Shown: positions 1 through 10,854, numbered from the stretch's first letter. The stretch is 64,000 bases of DNA from Candidatus Poribacteria bacterium (GCA_965215015.1 OZ244042.1:4960001-5024000), one strand, 5' to 3'. Program-made: numbers and translations. The notes: a model not told the origin generated them from the letters alone.

Positions 1-2
1 AT

Positions 3-758
3 CGGTCAAGAAACGAGATTCGTGAAATTACAAAGCAGGAGGACACTATTACCTTTGTGCTTGCGAACGAAATTGGATCTGATTTGACACAAGCAGCGCA
101 AATACAGATACAAGCGAGTGTCGGACAGATCATCACCGATGCGTTGCTACAAGGAGGGGGGGATTGGCAGGCGATACCGCGTGCCGTAAGTGTGAGTGAA
201 GTGGGCCCCAGTGTCGGCAAAGACCTCAAATGGGCGGCACTGTGGTCGGTCATCTGGTCAATCGTTATCCTCCTTCTCTATATCTCTTGGCGCTTTGAAT
301 TTCGTTTTGCTATTGGCGCAATCGCTGCCCTGATTCACGATGTGCTGATTACATTGGGAGTCTTTTCGGTGTTCGTCAAGGAGATTAACCTCCCTACAGT
401 TGCCGCGTTTTTGACAATTATCGGTTACTCCTTGAACGATACGATTGTTGTATTTGATCGTATTCGTGAGAACAGCACGCTGCTCAAAGGGACCGACTTC
501 GCCGAAATTATCAACAGAAGCATCAATCAATCCTTGAGCCGTACCGTGGTGACTTCTTTGACAACGCTCTTTGTTGTTCTTGTTATTTTCCTCCAAACGG
601 CTGCCGGTCAAGAGATTAACACCTTTGCATTGGCGTTAATTGTGGGCGTCATCGTCGGGACGTATTCATCTATTTTCATCGCCAGTCCAATCATATATCT
701 CTGGCACCTAAAAAGCCGAAATATAGAAGTTCAAGAAGTTCAGGAAAGTACTGCATAG
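3..758 (+). CDS. secF: Protein translocase subunit SecF (5'-partial; frame open from window start)
   Basis: Motifs VGPSVGKDL, YISWRFE, ALIHDV, IIGYSLNDTIVVFDRIRE, RTVVTS, GTYSSIFIA. Confidence 0.95.
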   Translation, partial: RSRNEIREITKQEDTITFVLANEIGSDLTQAAQIQIQASVGQIITDALLQGGGDWQAIPRAVSVSEVGPSVGKDLKWAALWSVIWSIVILLLYISWRFEFRFAIGAIAALIHDVLITLGVFSVFVKEINLPTVAAFLTIIGYSLNDTIVVFDRIRENSTLLKGTDFAEIINRSINQSLSRTVVTSLTTLFVVLVIFLQTAAGQEINTFALALIVGVIVGTYSSIFIASPIIYLWHLKSRNIEVQEVQESTA

Positions 759-924
759 GGGCTAATGTATCCATCGGTGTTAGCTCGAAGGGATTCCCTC
801 CGCGCTGACACCTATACTTTTATCGTTCGTTGTTTGGGCGCAGTTGCATAGACATTTCCTTGATGGTGCCATGGGGGTCTGACGACAAACGCCCTTTCTC
901 TTAAAATCTCCCCTGTCAAATCGT

Positions 925-1707
925 ATGAACGTCACCTGGTGGTTGGTTTCAAGTGGAATCATTCTTATTCTTGCCGTTTGTATTCTGACTCTCGTTGCCC
1001 GGCGGCGAAGATACTTGTGGGACCAAAAACTTAGTAGAGAATACCCTAAACCGATACATCCCCTCCCCCGCGAGTTAGTCCATGAGATTCGCAATCCATT
1101 AAATAGCATTAACCTTAACCTCCAAATTTTAGAAGAAGACCTATCCGCTGAGAATCCTAGTTTCCCCAGCGATTTGCAAAAGCGGGTCCGACGTATCCGT
1201 AGGGAAGTGGAACGGCTTGATCGAATATTAACCGATTTTCGTCGTTATGCAACTCTGCCGCCGTTGACGTTTGAAACCTGCGACCTTGCCGTGCTTATCG
1301 AAGAAGTTTTGGACTTCAACGAGCCGGAGGCACAACGGCAAAACGTTCAGGTCAACCGTGAGATCCAAGAGCTGCCTCCCGTTCAACTCGATCCATCGCA
1401 GTTCAAGCAGGCATTACTGAATCTTATTATCAACGGGGTTCAGGCGATGGAAGATGGCGGCACACTCACAGTTCGCGCAGAACCGTTGAATGGCGGGATA
1501 CAGATTGATGTGGAAGATACAGGTCAAGGAATCGAACCAGGGCAACTCGACAAAATCTTTGATCTGTTCATTTCCACAAAAGAGGAGGGGACTGGAGTCG
1601 GTCTCACAATCGTAAAACAAATTATCGAAGGACATAGTGGGCGTGTAAATGTGGAGAGCAATCCCGGGCAAGGTGCAAAATTCTCCATTTTGCTGCCCGC
1701 CAAGTAA
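925..1707 (+). CDS. Sensor histidine kinase (one N-terminal TM helix, HisKA and HATPase_c)
   Basis: H-box LVHEIRNPL, N-box NLIINGVQAM, G boxes DTGQGI and GTGVGL. Confidence 0.92.
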   Translation: MNVTWWLVSSGIILILAVCILTLVARRRRYLWDQKLSREYPKPIHPLPRELVHEIRNPLNSINLNLQILEEDLSAENPSFPSDLQKRVRRIRREVERLDRILTDFRRYATLPPLTFETCDLAVLIEEVLDFNEPEAQRQNVQVNREIQELPPVQLDPSQFKQALLNLIINGVQAMEDGGTLTVRAEPLNGGIQIDVEDTGQGIEPGQLDKIFDLFISTKEEGTGVGLTIVKQIIEGHSGRVNVESNPGQGAKFSILLPAK

Positions 1708-1709
1708 AA

Positions 1710-2390
1710 AGTAGCAGGTATGTTCCGCAGGCCATAACCTGACCCCGATCGGCCTAGATAGGCATATCCAAGCTCTCTTTGCGCGTGTGCCGGCGATATG
1801 TGTATCAAAACACACCACCCCCGTAGGGCGGGCATCTTGCTTGACCTACGCTTCAGAGGGAACACAGATCTGTGTTCCGTTTCTTCTTACGCATTACGAA
1901 TCACGTATGATACTTCATAGGACTGACGTAGTTGAACGTTCAAAGGAAACACCCGACACCATTGCACGCCGGTGTCGGTTCTATACGACTCACGACGCCC
2001 GATCAATCGGGCACCTACAGTTCATCCGACTGCTTTATGAGCACTCCTTAAGTAAGTTCTGTTGACATTTGCCACCCGGGGGTCGCAGCCTCTCGGAACA
2101 GAGTTGGGTTGAACGGGAGTTGTGCCCCCTAACGTCCAGTCCTACTAAAAGGGGGAAACAGTAGTAGGCCCGTTCCGCTAAATGTCAGTGGCACCTAACA
2201 AACTAAGAGTTACACATTTGAGTTTGTAGTCGCGCAATTCAACCCGCGTCTGTAACGGAGTAGGCATACGGCGTATGCCCTAACCCTCCGCTTGCGGGGG
2301 TTAGGGGGGGCAAGTGCTTAACTCCTACTTCATTAGCCCTAGCAGAGCGACCCTACTATCAGGCAACTAGCAGCTTAGGTTAAGTAGCAA
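1710..2390. repeat. Mosaic intergenic repeat region (REP palindromes and MITE ends)
   Basis: TAGGACTGACGTAGTTGAAC at 1918, GTTCTGTTGACATTTG near 2057, GTAG-type palindromes; segments recur at 19665 and 47831. Confidence 0.7.
2204..2327. mobile_element. Degenerate IS701-end-bounded MITE
   Basis: TAAGAGTTACACA ... TGCTTAACTCCTA ends; 2204-2280 resembles the reverse complement of about 48008-48084. Confidence 0.65.
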
Positions 2391-2401
2391 CAGGTGATAA
2401 G

Positions 2402-3877
2402 ATGATCCCCAAAATCCTTGTTGTAGACGATGATTCAGCAAGCCTCGAGGCAGCCATCGAAGTGCTTGAACGCGAAGGCTATGACCTATTCGCAGCATCA
2501 GGTGGACGCGAAGCATTAGAGACTTTAGCCGTTGAAAACATCGATGTCGTCATCACGGATGAAAAGATGCCCGATTTGAGCGGGATTGATCTGCTCAAAC
2601 ACATAAAGGACAACTATCCTTACACGCAAGTTATCATCTTAACAGGCTATGGCTCAATTGATAGTGCGGTTGAAGCCACGAAAGCGGGAGCAGACGGTTA
2701 CCTCGAAAAACCGATACAAATTTACATCTTACGCCAAACGGTGAAAGACGCACTCGAAAAACGGTTACTCTTCCTCCAAAACGTTAATCTACGAGAACAA
2801 CTTGATGACAAGTTCGGGTTTGCGAACATCATCGGCACGTCAAAACCGATGCGAGAGCTTTTCCGCATGATTCGGCTCGTTGCTCCGACCAATGTAACGG
2901 TCCTAATACGCGGGGAAAGTGGTGTTGGCAAGGAATTAATCGCGAATGCAATCCACAACCATAGCCGCCGAAAGGACAAACCGTATCGGACAATTAACTG
3001 CGGCGCGCTCTATCGTGAGCTCCTTGAAAGTGAACTGTTTGGACATGAGCGGGGGGCTTTCACCGGGGCGACTAACCGCAAACTGGGGGTGTTTGAGCAG
3101 GCAAATGGCGGGACCCTACTGTTGGACGAAGTTGGAGAAATGGGACCTGAAACACAGGTGAAATTCCTCCGTGTACTGGAAGGACAGGAATTCACGCGAC
3201 TCGGCGGGAATAAACCCATCAAAACCGATGTCCGTATCATCGCTGCGACCAATGCGGACCTCGAAGAAGCGGTGAACAGCGGAAAATTCCGTAACGACCT
3301 CTATCATCGGATCAACCGATTTCCAATTCGGGTGCCCCCGTTAAGAGAGCGGCGAGAGGATATTCCCCTATTGGTCAGCGCGTTCATCAAAGAGTTTAGC
3401 AAAGAACACGACCGGCCCGTTTCAGGGATCACCCCCCAGGCGATGAACTATCTGAAAAATAGGGATTGGTCTGGAAACATCCGGGAATTACGCAACGCCC
3501 TCGAAACCACCATTATTTTAGCAAGGACAGAGACCCTTCAACTCGATGATTTTTCCTCCGAATTTCAAGCGAATTTCACCGATTTGGAGGCCGCTGCGGA
3601 TTCTGATGTCCAAATGGGGGGGGCTCTGAATCCCGATACCCCGGATAACCAGGAAGCTTCCATTGATGCGGATGATGAAAAGGTTGGAACAGTTGGAATG
3701 ACAATGGACGAAATCGAAAAAGAGGCTATCGGCAAGACACTAGCGGAAACCGGGAACAATAAAAAGCGGGCGGCGGAAATGCTCGGAATCGGTTTGCGGA
3801 CGCTGTATCGCAAACTGGAATCTTACGGTTGGTTAAACAAAGGCGATCAAGAGGATGAGGATGACCCACGTGATTAA
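2402..3877 (+). CDS. Sigma54-dependent response regulator (REC-AAA+-HTH, NtrC/ZraR type)
   Basis: REC VVDDD...TDEKMP; GESGVGKE, ESELFGHERGAFTGA, LLDEVGE; C-terminal Fis-type HTH. Confidence 0.95.
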   Translation: MIPKILVVDDDSASLEAAIEVLEREGYDLFAASGGREALETLAVENIDVVITDEKMPDLSGIDLLKHIKDNYPYTQVIILTGYGSIDSAVEATKAGADGYLEKPIQIYILRQTVKDALEKRLLFLQNVNLREQLDDKFGFANIIGTSKPMRELFRMIRLVAPTNVTVLIRGESGVGKELIANAIHNHSRRKDKPYRTINCGALYRELLESELFGHERGAFTGATNRKLGVFEQANGGTLLLDEVGEMGPETQVKFLRVLEGQEFTRLGGNKPIKTDVRIIAATNADLEEAVNSGKFRNDLYHRINRFPIRVPPLRERREDIPLLVSAFIKEFSKEHDRPVSGITPQAMNYLKNRDWSGNIRELRNALETTIILARTETLQLDDFSSEFQANFTDLEAAADSDVQMGGALNPDTPDNQEASIDADDEKVGTVGMTMDEIEKEAIGKTLAETGNNKKRAAEMLGIGLRTLYRKLESYGWLNKGDQEDEDDPRD

Positions 3878-3911
3878 TTTACCTCCGTTTTGTTAAGGAA
3901 GGAGATACCAT

Positions 3912-4709
3912 ATGACTTTAACGACCGATCAGAAAGCGTTCTTTGAAAAATACGGCTATCTACCGTATACACAGGTGTTGTCTAACGCAGAATTGGAAGC
4001 CCTCTGTCAGCGGAGCGAAGATATCGCCGAGGGACGTGTGACGCATGTGCCGTCCCGCTACATCCAGCTTGAGGCAGCGTTCCGCGATGGCGAGGATACC
4101 GGCACACCCCGCATTGACACCGTCCGCAAGATGACACAACTCTGCTACTTTGACGACCTTTTCCAAGCGGCTGCCAAGAAATCGGAAATTGTGGACGTCA
4201 TCGAAGATCTCTTAGGTCCCAACATCAAGCTCTACACCGACCAACTGATGATGAAACCCCGCTATAACGGGACAGTGACCGACTGGCACCAAGACTCACC
4301 CGCTTGGCCCTTCTTTGTCCCGCAAGACCACGTAACCTGTTGGATCGCCTTGGATGACGCCACCGTCGAAAACGGTTGTATGACCGTCATCCCTGGCAGC
4401 CACAAGTGGGGACCCGTCACCCGCGAATACAAACAACGATTCATCGACGATCCCGAGATTGCCACGCCGACACCTGTCGAGTTGAAGGCAGGGCACTGCA
4501 TGTTCCACCACGGTCTGAACTTCCATCGCACCGGGGCGAACCCGACACCGAATCGGCGTCGGGGACTCGCGTTGCATTATCTCCACGCCGAGACGAAATA
4601 CCTCGGCGTCCACGATGAGGAGTCACGCCTCCGAACCGAGTGCGGAAAGCCGCCGGGGAAGTTTCGTTTCATGCACATCCGAGGAAAAGAATTTCCCGGA
4701 CGGGTCTGA
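3912..4709 (+). CDS. Phytanoyl-CoA dioxygenase family protein
   Basis: WHQD...H iron triad, WIALDDATVENGC..VIPGSH; RBS AAGGAG. Confidence 0.92.
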   Translation: MTLTTDQKAFFEKYGYLPYTQVLSNAELEALCQRSEDIAEGRVTHVPSRYIQLEAAFRDGEDTGTPRIDTVRKMTQLCYFDDLFQAAAKKSEIVDVIEDLLGPNIKLYTDQLMMKPRYNGTVTDWHQDSPAWPFFVPQDHVTCWIALDDATVENGCMTVIPGSHKWGPVTREYKQRFIDDPEIATPTPVELKAGHCMFHHGLNFHRTGANPTPNRRRGLALHYLHAETKYLGVHDEESRLRTECGKPPGKFRFMHIRGKEFPGRV

Positions 4710-5165
4710 ACCGTTCAGCTAGTCCTGAGTTCAGCAAAGTTGGACTTGATGAGTTGATGACAGAGCATTGATCCGTCGTGCCGTAAACCCCACAACCGTT
4801 ATGGCGTATGGCTTCGCTAACACGCCATTCCCATTAAACTCCCCCTTAATTAGGTTCGTAGTAGCGCAATTCATGGCGCGTGCCAACACGCAACTGCCAT
4901 TAAACCCCACCCCGACTGGGGAAAAATAAAGTGCTCCTCATAGGTGGAGCATCCTGCCCCATCTACCGCCTGCGACCCATATCTGTATCCCTGTATCCGT
5001 GTTTTCTGTGCCATCTGTTTAAGTTGTCTAAAAAAATAATGCGGAATACGTAAGGAACAGCTGGAAGCGAGCAAACGAGAGAACAGGGCTTCTCGCTTTC
5101 TGATTGTCCCGTCGTCGTACCGAAATTCCAGCAGTGCGAAAGATGTATAGTATGTTCTTCGCAGC

Positions 5166-5903
5166 CTATCCAAATCGTTCCATCAGGAGTTGCGTGATTG
5201 GATTGGGACGACTGTAATAGTGCTGCGTGGCTTCGTTCTTGCCCTCCCACAGACGGCGTGGGAAAATGGTGTAATTGCTGAGGTATCGGTCCGTTGTGCG
5301 GCCACAGTAGATATGGATGGTGCGTCGCTCGGAGGGAGTCCGCCGGACATTGCCGGCGTGGAATGTTGCCGCATTGAAGAGAATCGCTGTACCGGCGCGC
5401 CCGACGAGGTGTTGTGTCGTACCAAGATCATAAGCCTCAAGCGGGAGTCGTTCTGTGGACTGTGCTGTGCCGGGCAAAACGCTGAAGGTATGCGTTGTGT
5501 CATCTACATCCGTCAGGTAAAAGACGACCGATAGATAGCGCGTGTAGTACGGAGGTTCGGCATCTCCACTAGCGTCGCGGTGCCAGCGGCATTCGGTGTC
5601 GCCATCGGGATTCGGGGCGCGGAGCATCACCGAATGTTCCTCCGCACAGAGGTCTTTTCCCATGATTGCACCCATCAACGGCAGCAACGTCGGTGGACGC
5701 ATGGTGACATCCATCTCCGGGCAGGCGAGCAGGGCGTGGACATTCTGCCGCCGCCCCGTCTGTCCACGGTCTTGCCACATCACCAGATTCTCGACGAGAT
5801 CTCGATCGATTGCCTCGTTGATGGAACGAACCTCTTCAGTAGATAGGGCATCGGGTACGACAAGGTAACCGTTCTCCTTGAAAAATTCCAACTGTTCTTT
5901 CAT
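5166..5903 (-). CDS. Phytanoyl-CoA dioxygenase family protein
   Basis: FFKENGYLVV, WHRD, YLTDVD, FHAG. Confidence 0.9.
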   Translation of the reverse strand: MKEQLEFFKENGYLVVPDALSTEEVRSINEAIDRDLVENLVMWQDRGQTGRRQNVHALLACPEMDVTMRPPTLLPLMGAIMGKDLCAEEHSVMLRAPNPDGDTECRWHRDASGDAEPPYYTRYLSVVFYLTDVDDTTHTFSVLPGTAQSTERLPLEAYDLGTTQHLVGRAGTAILFNAATFHAGNVRRTPSERRTIHIYCGRTTDRYLSNYTIFPRRLWEGKNEATQHYYSRPNPITQLLMERFG

Positions 5904-5949
5904 GACATCTGTCCTCGCAGTATGTTAAGGGAGGCTAATTGTGTTAAAA

Positions 5950-5978
5950 ATTATAGTGGCGATCGAGTAGATAGTCAA
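5950..5978 (-). promoter_or_regulatory. Sigma70-type promoter of the 5166-5903 gene
   Basis: Minus strand TTGACT-17 nt-TATAAT. Confidence 0.7.
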
Positions 5979-5987
5979 GCAGAAAGG

Positions 5988-6790
5988 TAGGGCGTGTTAA
6001 GGTTTTGCTGTCGCCAATTCTGCAAACGCTGTAAGCCCAATCTGTCAAATGTGAACAGGCCCAACCTATCGGTCGTGATTCATATCTCGACAAAACCCCC
6101 GGACTCCCGCGCAATGTGTCGGGCGGATTGAGTCAGGATTGTCGCCCTATAGTGTCTGGTATTCTATTGCGTCATGTCGTAGGTATGTTCCATTTCGGAA
6201 AATTGACAGACGACAGGGTGCCCCCCGCCCCCCAAATACCCTGTAGGTTGTCCGTCAATTCTAGGTTTATCGAACCTGTTTCCCCCTCGCTTGCGTCCTC
6301 CCCCCGCTTGCGGGGGGACTGAGGGGGGTTCTTGGGTTCTTAAGAAGGAATGATTCAATTTGTCAAGTGTCAATAGAACCCAACCATTTTGTTTGAAAAA
6401 TCGCAACTGGGAGATCACTCCCCAATAGATCGGGATGCAAACATCTACAGTGAGGTATCGGGATTCGGAGATCCCTCCTATAGGAGAACTAAACGCGCCT
6501 AGAACCTAGAAATTTAGATTCTCCTTTTTTAGATGGATATGCTATAATTGGAAAGCAGCTTTGCGCCATCTGGTCTCGACAAAATACGGTCGCGCCACAA
6601 TCTTGACTCAATCAGCCTAGAACCGCTAGGTATTGTCGATTCTGGAAAATTTGACCGACAGTCGTCCGAAATCGTTTCTGATGTATGAATAAAGGGCTGG
6701 CAGACCCAACCCCTACGAAGGATCATGGGGTTGTGCACCCCTTAATTATCTAGTTGCTATGAAATGTCAACGGAACCTAAATAGGACAGA
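5988..6790. repeat. Mosaic intergenic repeat region
   Basis: 6072-6330 is homologous to 22682-22980 and 31282-31390; CCCCCGCTTGCGGGGG hairpin near 6301; AATGTCAAC-type ends near 6047, 6366 and 6762. Confidence 0.7.
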
Positions 6791-6795
6791 ATAGA

Positions 6796-7110
6796 ATGGC
6801 TAAATATCTCGCATCATCTATAAATAAACCGACGCTTGAACCTTACGAAATCTCGCAGACGCTACGCGGGCAGCTTCACTACTTCACCGAAGGGGCGAGT
6901 GCTCGTCAATGGGAACATAGCGATGATCCAAATGCGTTTTTCTTCCCGCTTGAACTGACCTCTGAACTGTACGACGAAGGGGTGTTCTACGTGACATCCC
7001 CGTTAGACGATCAGAATCGTGCAGAGATTGAGATTACGGAGGAGCAGGAAGACTTTTTGGAGTGGCTGATCGCTAATCAGATTGAGAAGGTAAAGGTTTC
7101 AGAGGCGTAG
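6796..7110 (+). CDS. Small acidic hypothetical protein
   Basis: ATG with upstream AGGA; natural-looking composition; no family recognised. Confidence 0.7.
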   Translation: MAKYLASSINKPTLEPYEISQTLRGQLHYFTEGASARQWEHSDDPNAFFFPLELTSELYDEGVFYVTSPLDDQNRAEIEITEEQEDFLEWLIANQIEKVKVSEA

Positions 7111-7208
7111 ACCAAATTTAGTTCATTAGTTCAACAGTGCAGCAATTTAACCAATGTACTAATTTTGCGTTTTGCCCTCTCTTTTGACATGAGCTAAAGG
7201 AGTTTCAG

Positions 7209-8042
7209 ATGACCGTCACCACAAACAGAATTAATCAGATGCAAGTAATCCCCACCGGCGGTGCGCTTGGGGCGGAGATTCAGGGAATAGACTTAGCGCA
7301 CCCGCTACCCGAAGACACAATCCAGCGCATCCATCAGGCATTGCTAGCGCACTGTGTCCTCCTCTTTCGCGGTCAGAAGATTAGGGACGAGGATCAGGTC
7401 CGCTTCACCAATTACTTCGGTCAGGCGGTCGAACATGTTCGCAAGCAGCTCCCACGTCCTGTCAAAGAAATCTTCTTCGTTTCCAACGTCGAGAAGGATG
7501 GTCAACCCATCGGGGCACTCGGCAACGACGAAATCCCCTTCCACTCCGATCTGTCATATCTGCGGCGTCCGGGAACGCTCTCCATCATCTACGCCGTTGA
7601 GCTGCCTGCCACCGGCGGTGCTACGCGGTGGTGCAACTGCTACGCCGCCTATGAGGGGCTTGATCCTGGCCTCAAAGTCCTGCTCAAGGGACTGCGCGCT
7701 GTCCATCGTCATCATGTCGAAAGCCAGAATCCGCCGGAGTTGATTGACCATCCCGTTGTCTGCACCCACCCTGACACCGGACGTAAAGCGTTGTACGTCA
7801 GTCCCCACCTGACTCGGCACATCGTCGGCTTTAGTGAATCGGAAAGCCGTGAACTGCTTGATACGCTCTTCAATCATCTGTCGCAGGAGTGTTTTGGCTG
7901 GACGCACGATTGGGAGGTCCGCGATTTGGTTATATGGGACAACCGATGTACCATGCACCGGCGAGAGGGATTCCCCTCGACTGAGCGACGGATCATGAAG
8001 AGGACGCAGATTTTCAACGACGCGATCCCGTATGAAATGTGA
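7209..8042 (+). CDS. TauD/TfdA family 2OG dioxygenase
   Basis: LGAEIQGIDL, FHSDLSY, HPVVCTHPDTGRKALYV, WDNRCTMHR. Confidence 0.93.
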   Translation: MTVTTNRINQMQVIPTGGALGAEIQGIDLAHPLPEDTIQRIHQALLAHCVLLFRGQKIRDEDQVRFTNYFGQAVEHVRKQLPRPVKEIFFVSNVEKDGQPIGALGNDEIPFHSDLSYLRRPGTLSIIYAVELPATGGATRWCNCYAAYEGLDPGLKVLLKGLRAVHRHHVESQNPPELIDHPVVCTHPDTGRKALYVSPHLTRHIVGFSESESRELLDTLFNHLSQECFGWTHDWEVRDLVIWDNRCTMHRREGFPSTERRIMKRTQIFNDAIPYEM

Positions 8043-8124
8043 AAATTATTAGTTCATTAGTTTATTAACGTGTGAAATGCAGAACGTGAAGCGTGAAATG
8101 TGAAACAGGCGACGGGAGGTTGTT

Positions 8125-8991
8125 ATGCGGATTATCCGATCTTGGATGTTCGTACCGGGGCATCAGCGGAGGATGATTGATAAAGCCTACGGACTGAAAC
8201 TCAATGTAGCGATGTTTGATTTGGAGGATGGGGTGCCGCCCGGCGAAAAGGATACCGCCCGCGCCATGATGGGGAGAACGCTCGCCCATCCATCAAGTGG
8301 GATGATCCGCTTTGTCCGTATTCATCCCGCCGGAAGCGGAGAAATGGAGGCGGACCTGTCCGCAGTGATTCGGCCCGGCCTGGATGGACTCACGCTGACC
8401 AAGGTGAGTTGTCCCGAAGATGTGCTGCGGGTCTGCGCGATTCTGGATGCGCGAGAAGAGGGGGCGGGACTCCAGCGGGGAAGTGTCCGACTGCTCGCCA
8501 CCATTGAGAGCGCACGCGGCCTGGTTCAGGCAGCTGCGATTGCGGCATCCAGTCCCAGACTTGTCGGATTGATGTTTGGTGCAGAGGACTTCGCGATGGA
8601 TCTTGGGATGTTTAACGTCCGCCAAGGCGAAGCCGGGGATTTCCTTTATGCCCGCTCTGCGCTCGCTGTCGCTGCCGCCAGTGAAGGCTTACAAGCGATA
8701 GATCGGGTCTATCTTGATATTCGGAACCCGATAGGACTGGAAAGGGACACGCGACTCGCCCGTGACCTTGGGTTTACCGGCAAAGCTTTGATTCATCCCG
8801 CCCAGATTGAAGTTGTTGAAACTGTCTTCCGGCCAACCGACGCGGAGGCCGAGTACGCCCGGCGGGTGGTGGCGGCCTTTGAGGCGGCAGGAGCCGATGG
8901 CGCGGGTGCGACTGCTGTCGATGGTCAGATGGTTGATTTGCCGGTGGTGAAGCGTGCCCGGCGGGTGCTCCAGCTTGTATCTGACAAATAG
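8125..8991 (+). CDS. CoA-ester lyase (CitE/malyl-CoA lyase, HpcH/HpaI family)
   Basis: RSWMFVPG, DLEDGV, IESARG, FGAEDF, GFTGKALIHPAQI, DGQMVDLP. Confidence 0.9.
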   Translation: MRIIRSWMFVPGHQRRMIDKAYGLKLNVAMFDLEDGVPPGEKDTARAMMGRTLAHPSSGMIRFVRIHPAGSGEMEADLSAVIRPGLDGLTLTKVSCPEDVLRVCAILDAREEGAGLQRGSVRLLATIESARGLVQAAAIAASSPRLVGLMFGAEDFAMDLGMFNVRQGEAGDFLYARSALAVAAASEGLQAIDRVYLDIRNPIGLERDTRLARDLGFTGKALIHPAQIEVVETVFRPTDAEAEYARRVVAAFEAAGADGAGATAVDGQMVDLPVVKRARRVLQLVSDK

Positions 8992-9178
8992 ATCCAATCA
9001 GAGAGGTAACCGGCAGCTACTGTGTCTATCTATAGGGGGTGTTGTTAAAAGGCGGAACCGCCATTGTGTTTGATATGGATTCGCTTTCAACCGTTTAATC
9101 CAACCTACGTGACGGAAAACACTGCCAACGAATAGATCTAGACCGTCAAAATAGTATCGTGGACTTGATTTCGCGCAT

Positions 9179-10156
9179 CTACGAAATTCCCAACTTCTTT
9201 AACTTAGAACGGAAAGTGGAGTAGGGGATGCCGAGGTTTTTTGCGGCCTGGCGGCGATTCCATCGAGTTCCTTCAAGTGCCTGCAAGATCCGCTCGTACT
9301 CGCTTTCGCCTGACGATTGGTCATATTGGGACTGCCGCTTTTCCAATGCGTCTCCTTGAATATTAAGATGTTTGACTCCTATCACCGAAATCTTTGGCGG
9401 ACAAAGAACCGCGGTGCGTTCAACGATGTTCTGCAACTCACGTACATTGCCCGGGTATTGATAATCCAGAAGGAACGATTGAGCCCCTTCTGAAAAGCCG
9501 TCAAAGCTGCGCCCACTTTTGGCGGTATATGCTTCCAGAAAATAGTCAGCCAACGGTAGGATATCCTCGGGGCGTTCCCGAAGCGGTGTTAAGTGGATAG
9601 GAAAAAGGTTGAGGCGATAGAATAGATCGCTGCGGAACCGCCCAGACTCGACAAGGTACGCGGGATTTCTATTGAATGCGCTGATAATACGCACCCGGAA
9701 GGAGATCTCCAGAGCACCGCCAACACGTCGCAGGGTCTGGTTATCGAGGACCCGTAGGAGCTTCGCTTGTATGCGGAGTGAGAGGCCAGCAGCTTCATCC
9801 AGAAAAAGCGTACCGTTATTTGCCATCTCAAAGTAGCCAGCTCTATCCGCCGTTGCATCGGTGAACGCTCCTTTGACGTGGCCAAAGAGTTCGCTTTCGA
9901 CCAGCGACTCTGGCAACGCCGAGCAGTTCACACCAACAAACGGTTGCTCTTCCAAAGACGATTGAGAGTGAATCGTTCGGGCGACCACCTCTTTTCCTGT
10001 ACCAGTTTCGCCGGTGAGGAGAATCCTATCAACATTTGCTCGGACCGCCTGCCGGATGCGCTCTCGCACCAGTTGGGTGGCGGGACTGTTTCCCACAAAG
10101 TTTGGATTTTGTATCCGTGGCTGGCGGTGGCTTGTTCGTCGGTTATCCATATCCAT
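9179..10156 (-). CDS. Sigma54 enhancer-binding protein lacking an N-terminal sensor domain (AAA+ and HTH)
   Basis: GETGTGKE, ESELFGHVKGAFTDA, LFLDE, FRSDLFYRL, YPGNVREL, C-terminal HTH; RBS AGGAGG; only about 18 aa precede the AAA domain. Confidence 0.92.
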   Translation of the reverse strand: MDMDNRRTSHRQPRIQNPNFVGNSPATQLVRERIRQAVRANVDRILLTGETGTGKEVVARTIHSQSSLEEQPFVGVNCSALPESLVESELFGHVKGAFTDATADRAGYFEMANNGTLFLDEAAGLSLRIQAKLLRVLDNQTLRRVGGALEISFRVRIISAFNRNPAYLVESGRFRSDLFYRLNLFPIHLTPLRERPEDILPLADYFLEAYTAKSGRSFDGFSEGAQSFLLDYQYPGNVRELQNIVERTAVLCPPKISVIGVKHLNIQGDALEKRQSQYDQSSGESEYERILQALEGTRWNRRQAAKNLGIPYSTFRSKLKKLGIS

Positions 10157-10227
10157 TTACCTCCTTTTTGGGTAAATGTGACTTGACCGCTTTATCTTTC
10201 TGTCCCTACTCCTATTCCTTAATTTCT

Positions 10228-10814
10228 TAGGTCTTACGCAGTTGAAACCTCGACGCCTTGTCGGTCGAGATTCATATCTCGACACCGACAGAAAGGGTAG
10301 GCTCTGCGCTACCATTACAGATTCTGAAGACCATTCGGCTGTATCACTCGGATTGGCTGAACCAATTGAAGTCGAACCAACAGGTCAATCTGGATAAGCA
10401 AGGCAATCAACCTGTCTGCGAACTACCTATTAGTGAAAAAGGGAGCATCGTTCATTTGAAGGGATATGGATGGATTCAAGTTTTCAAGAGAGTTTTCCCA
10501 AACGGCAACGTTGAATACTGGGCAACCAGCGCCCTCTCAATGAGCGAGATGTATCGACTCAAGTCTGCCGAGTTATCTTGGTCAATTGAAGCATATCATT
10601 AAGGTATCAAGCAATTAGTCGGTATTGGGAGGTGTCTCGCACGCAAAGCAGTTGCCCAACGGAATCATATCGGGTTAGCATTACGAGCGTTTTTCCGCAT
10701 AGAACACCACTGTTTTTCGATGGCATTAGTAGGTTTGAAACCAAAGTCTCGATTATCAGAGACGCGGTGAACACTTATCTCCCTCAACCCATTTACACCT
10801 TTGTGTAACTCCTA
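10228..10814 (+). mobile_element. IS701-family remnant with both terminal repeats
   Basis: TAGGTCTTACGCA (10228) ... TGTGTAACTCCTA (10814) enclosing a transposase C-terminal fragment. Confidence 0.8.
10324..10808 (+). pseudogene. IS701-family transposase C-terminal fragment
   Basis: LKSNQQV, VHLKGYGWIQVF, EYWAT, WSIEAYH*GIKQ, AQRNHIGLALRAF; stop at 10600 and frameshift near 10720 before IIRDAV. Confidence 0.85.
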
Positions 10815-10854
10815 CCTCTTTCAAGAATGGGATATTTGGAAACTGAACAAAAAA

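Noticed and set aside
1787-2065. ORFs within intergenic mosaics (also near 6116-6738, 28562, 31121, 38780, 47846)
   Set aside because: Chance frames through palindromic repeats
4871-5250. Short minus-strand ORFs after the PhyH gene
   Set aside because: No recognisable domain; they run into repeat sequence
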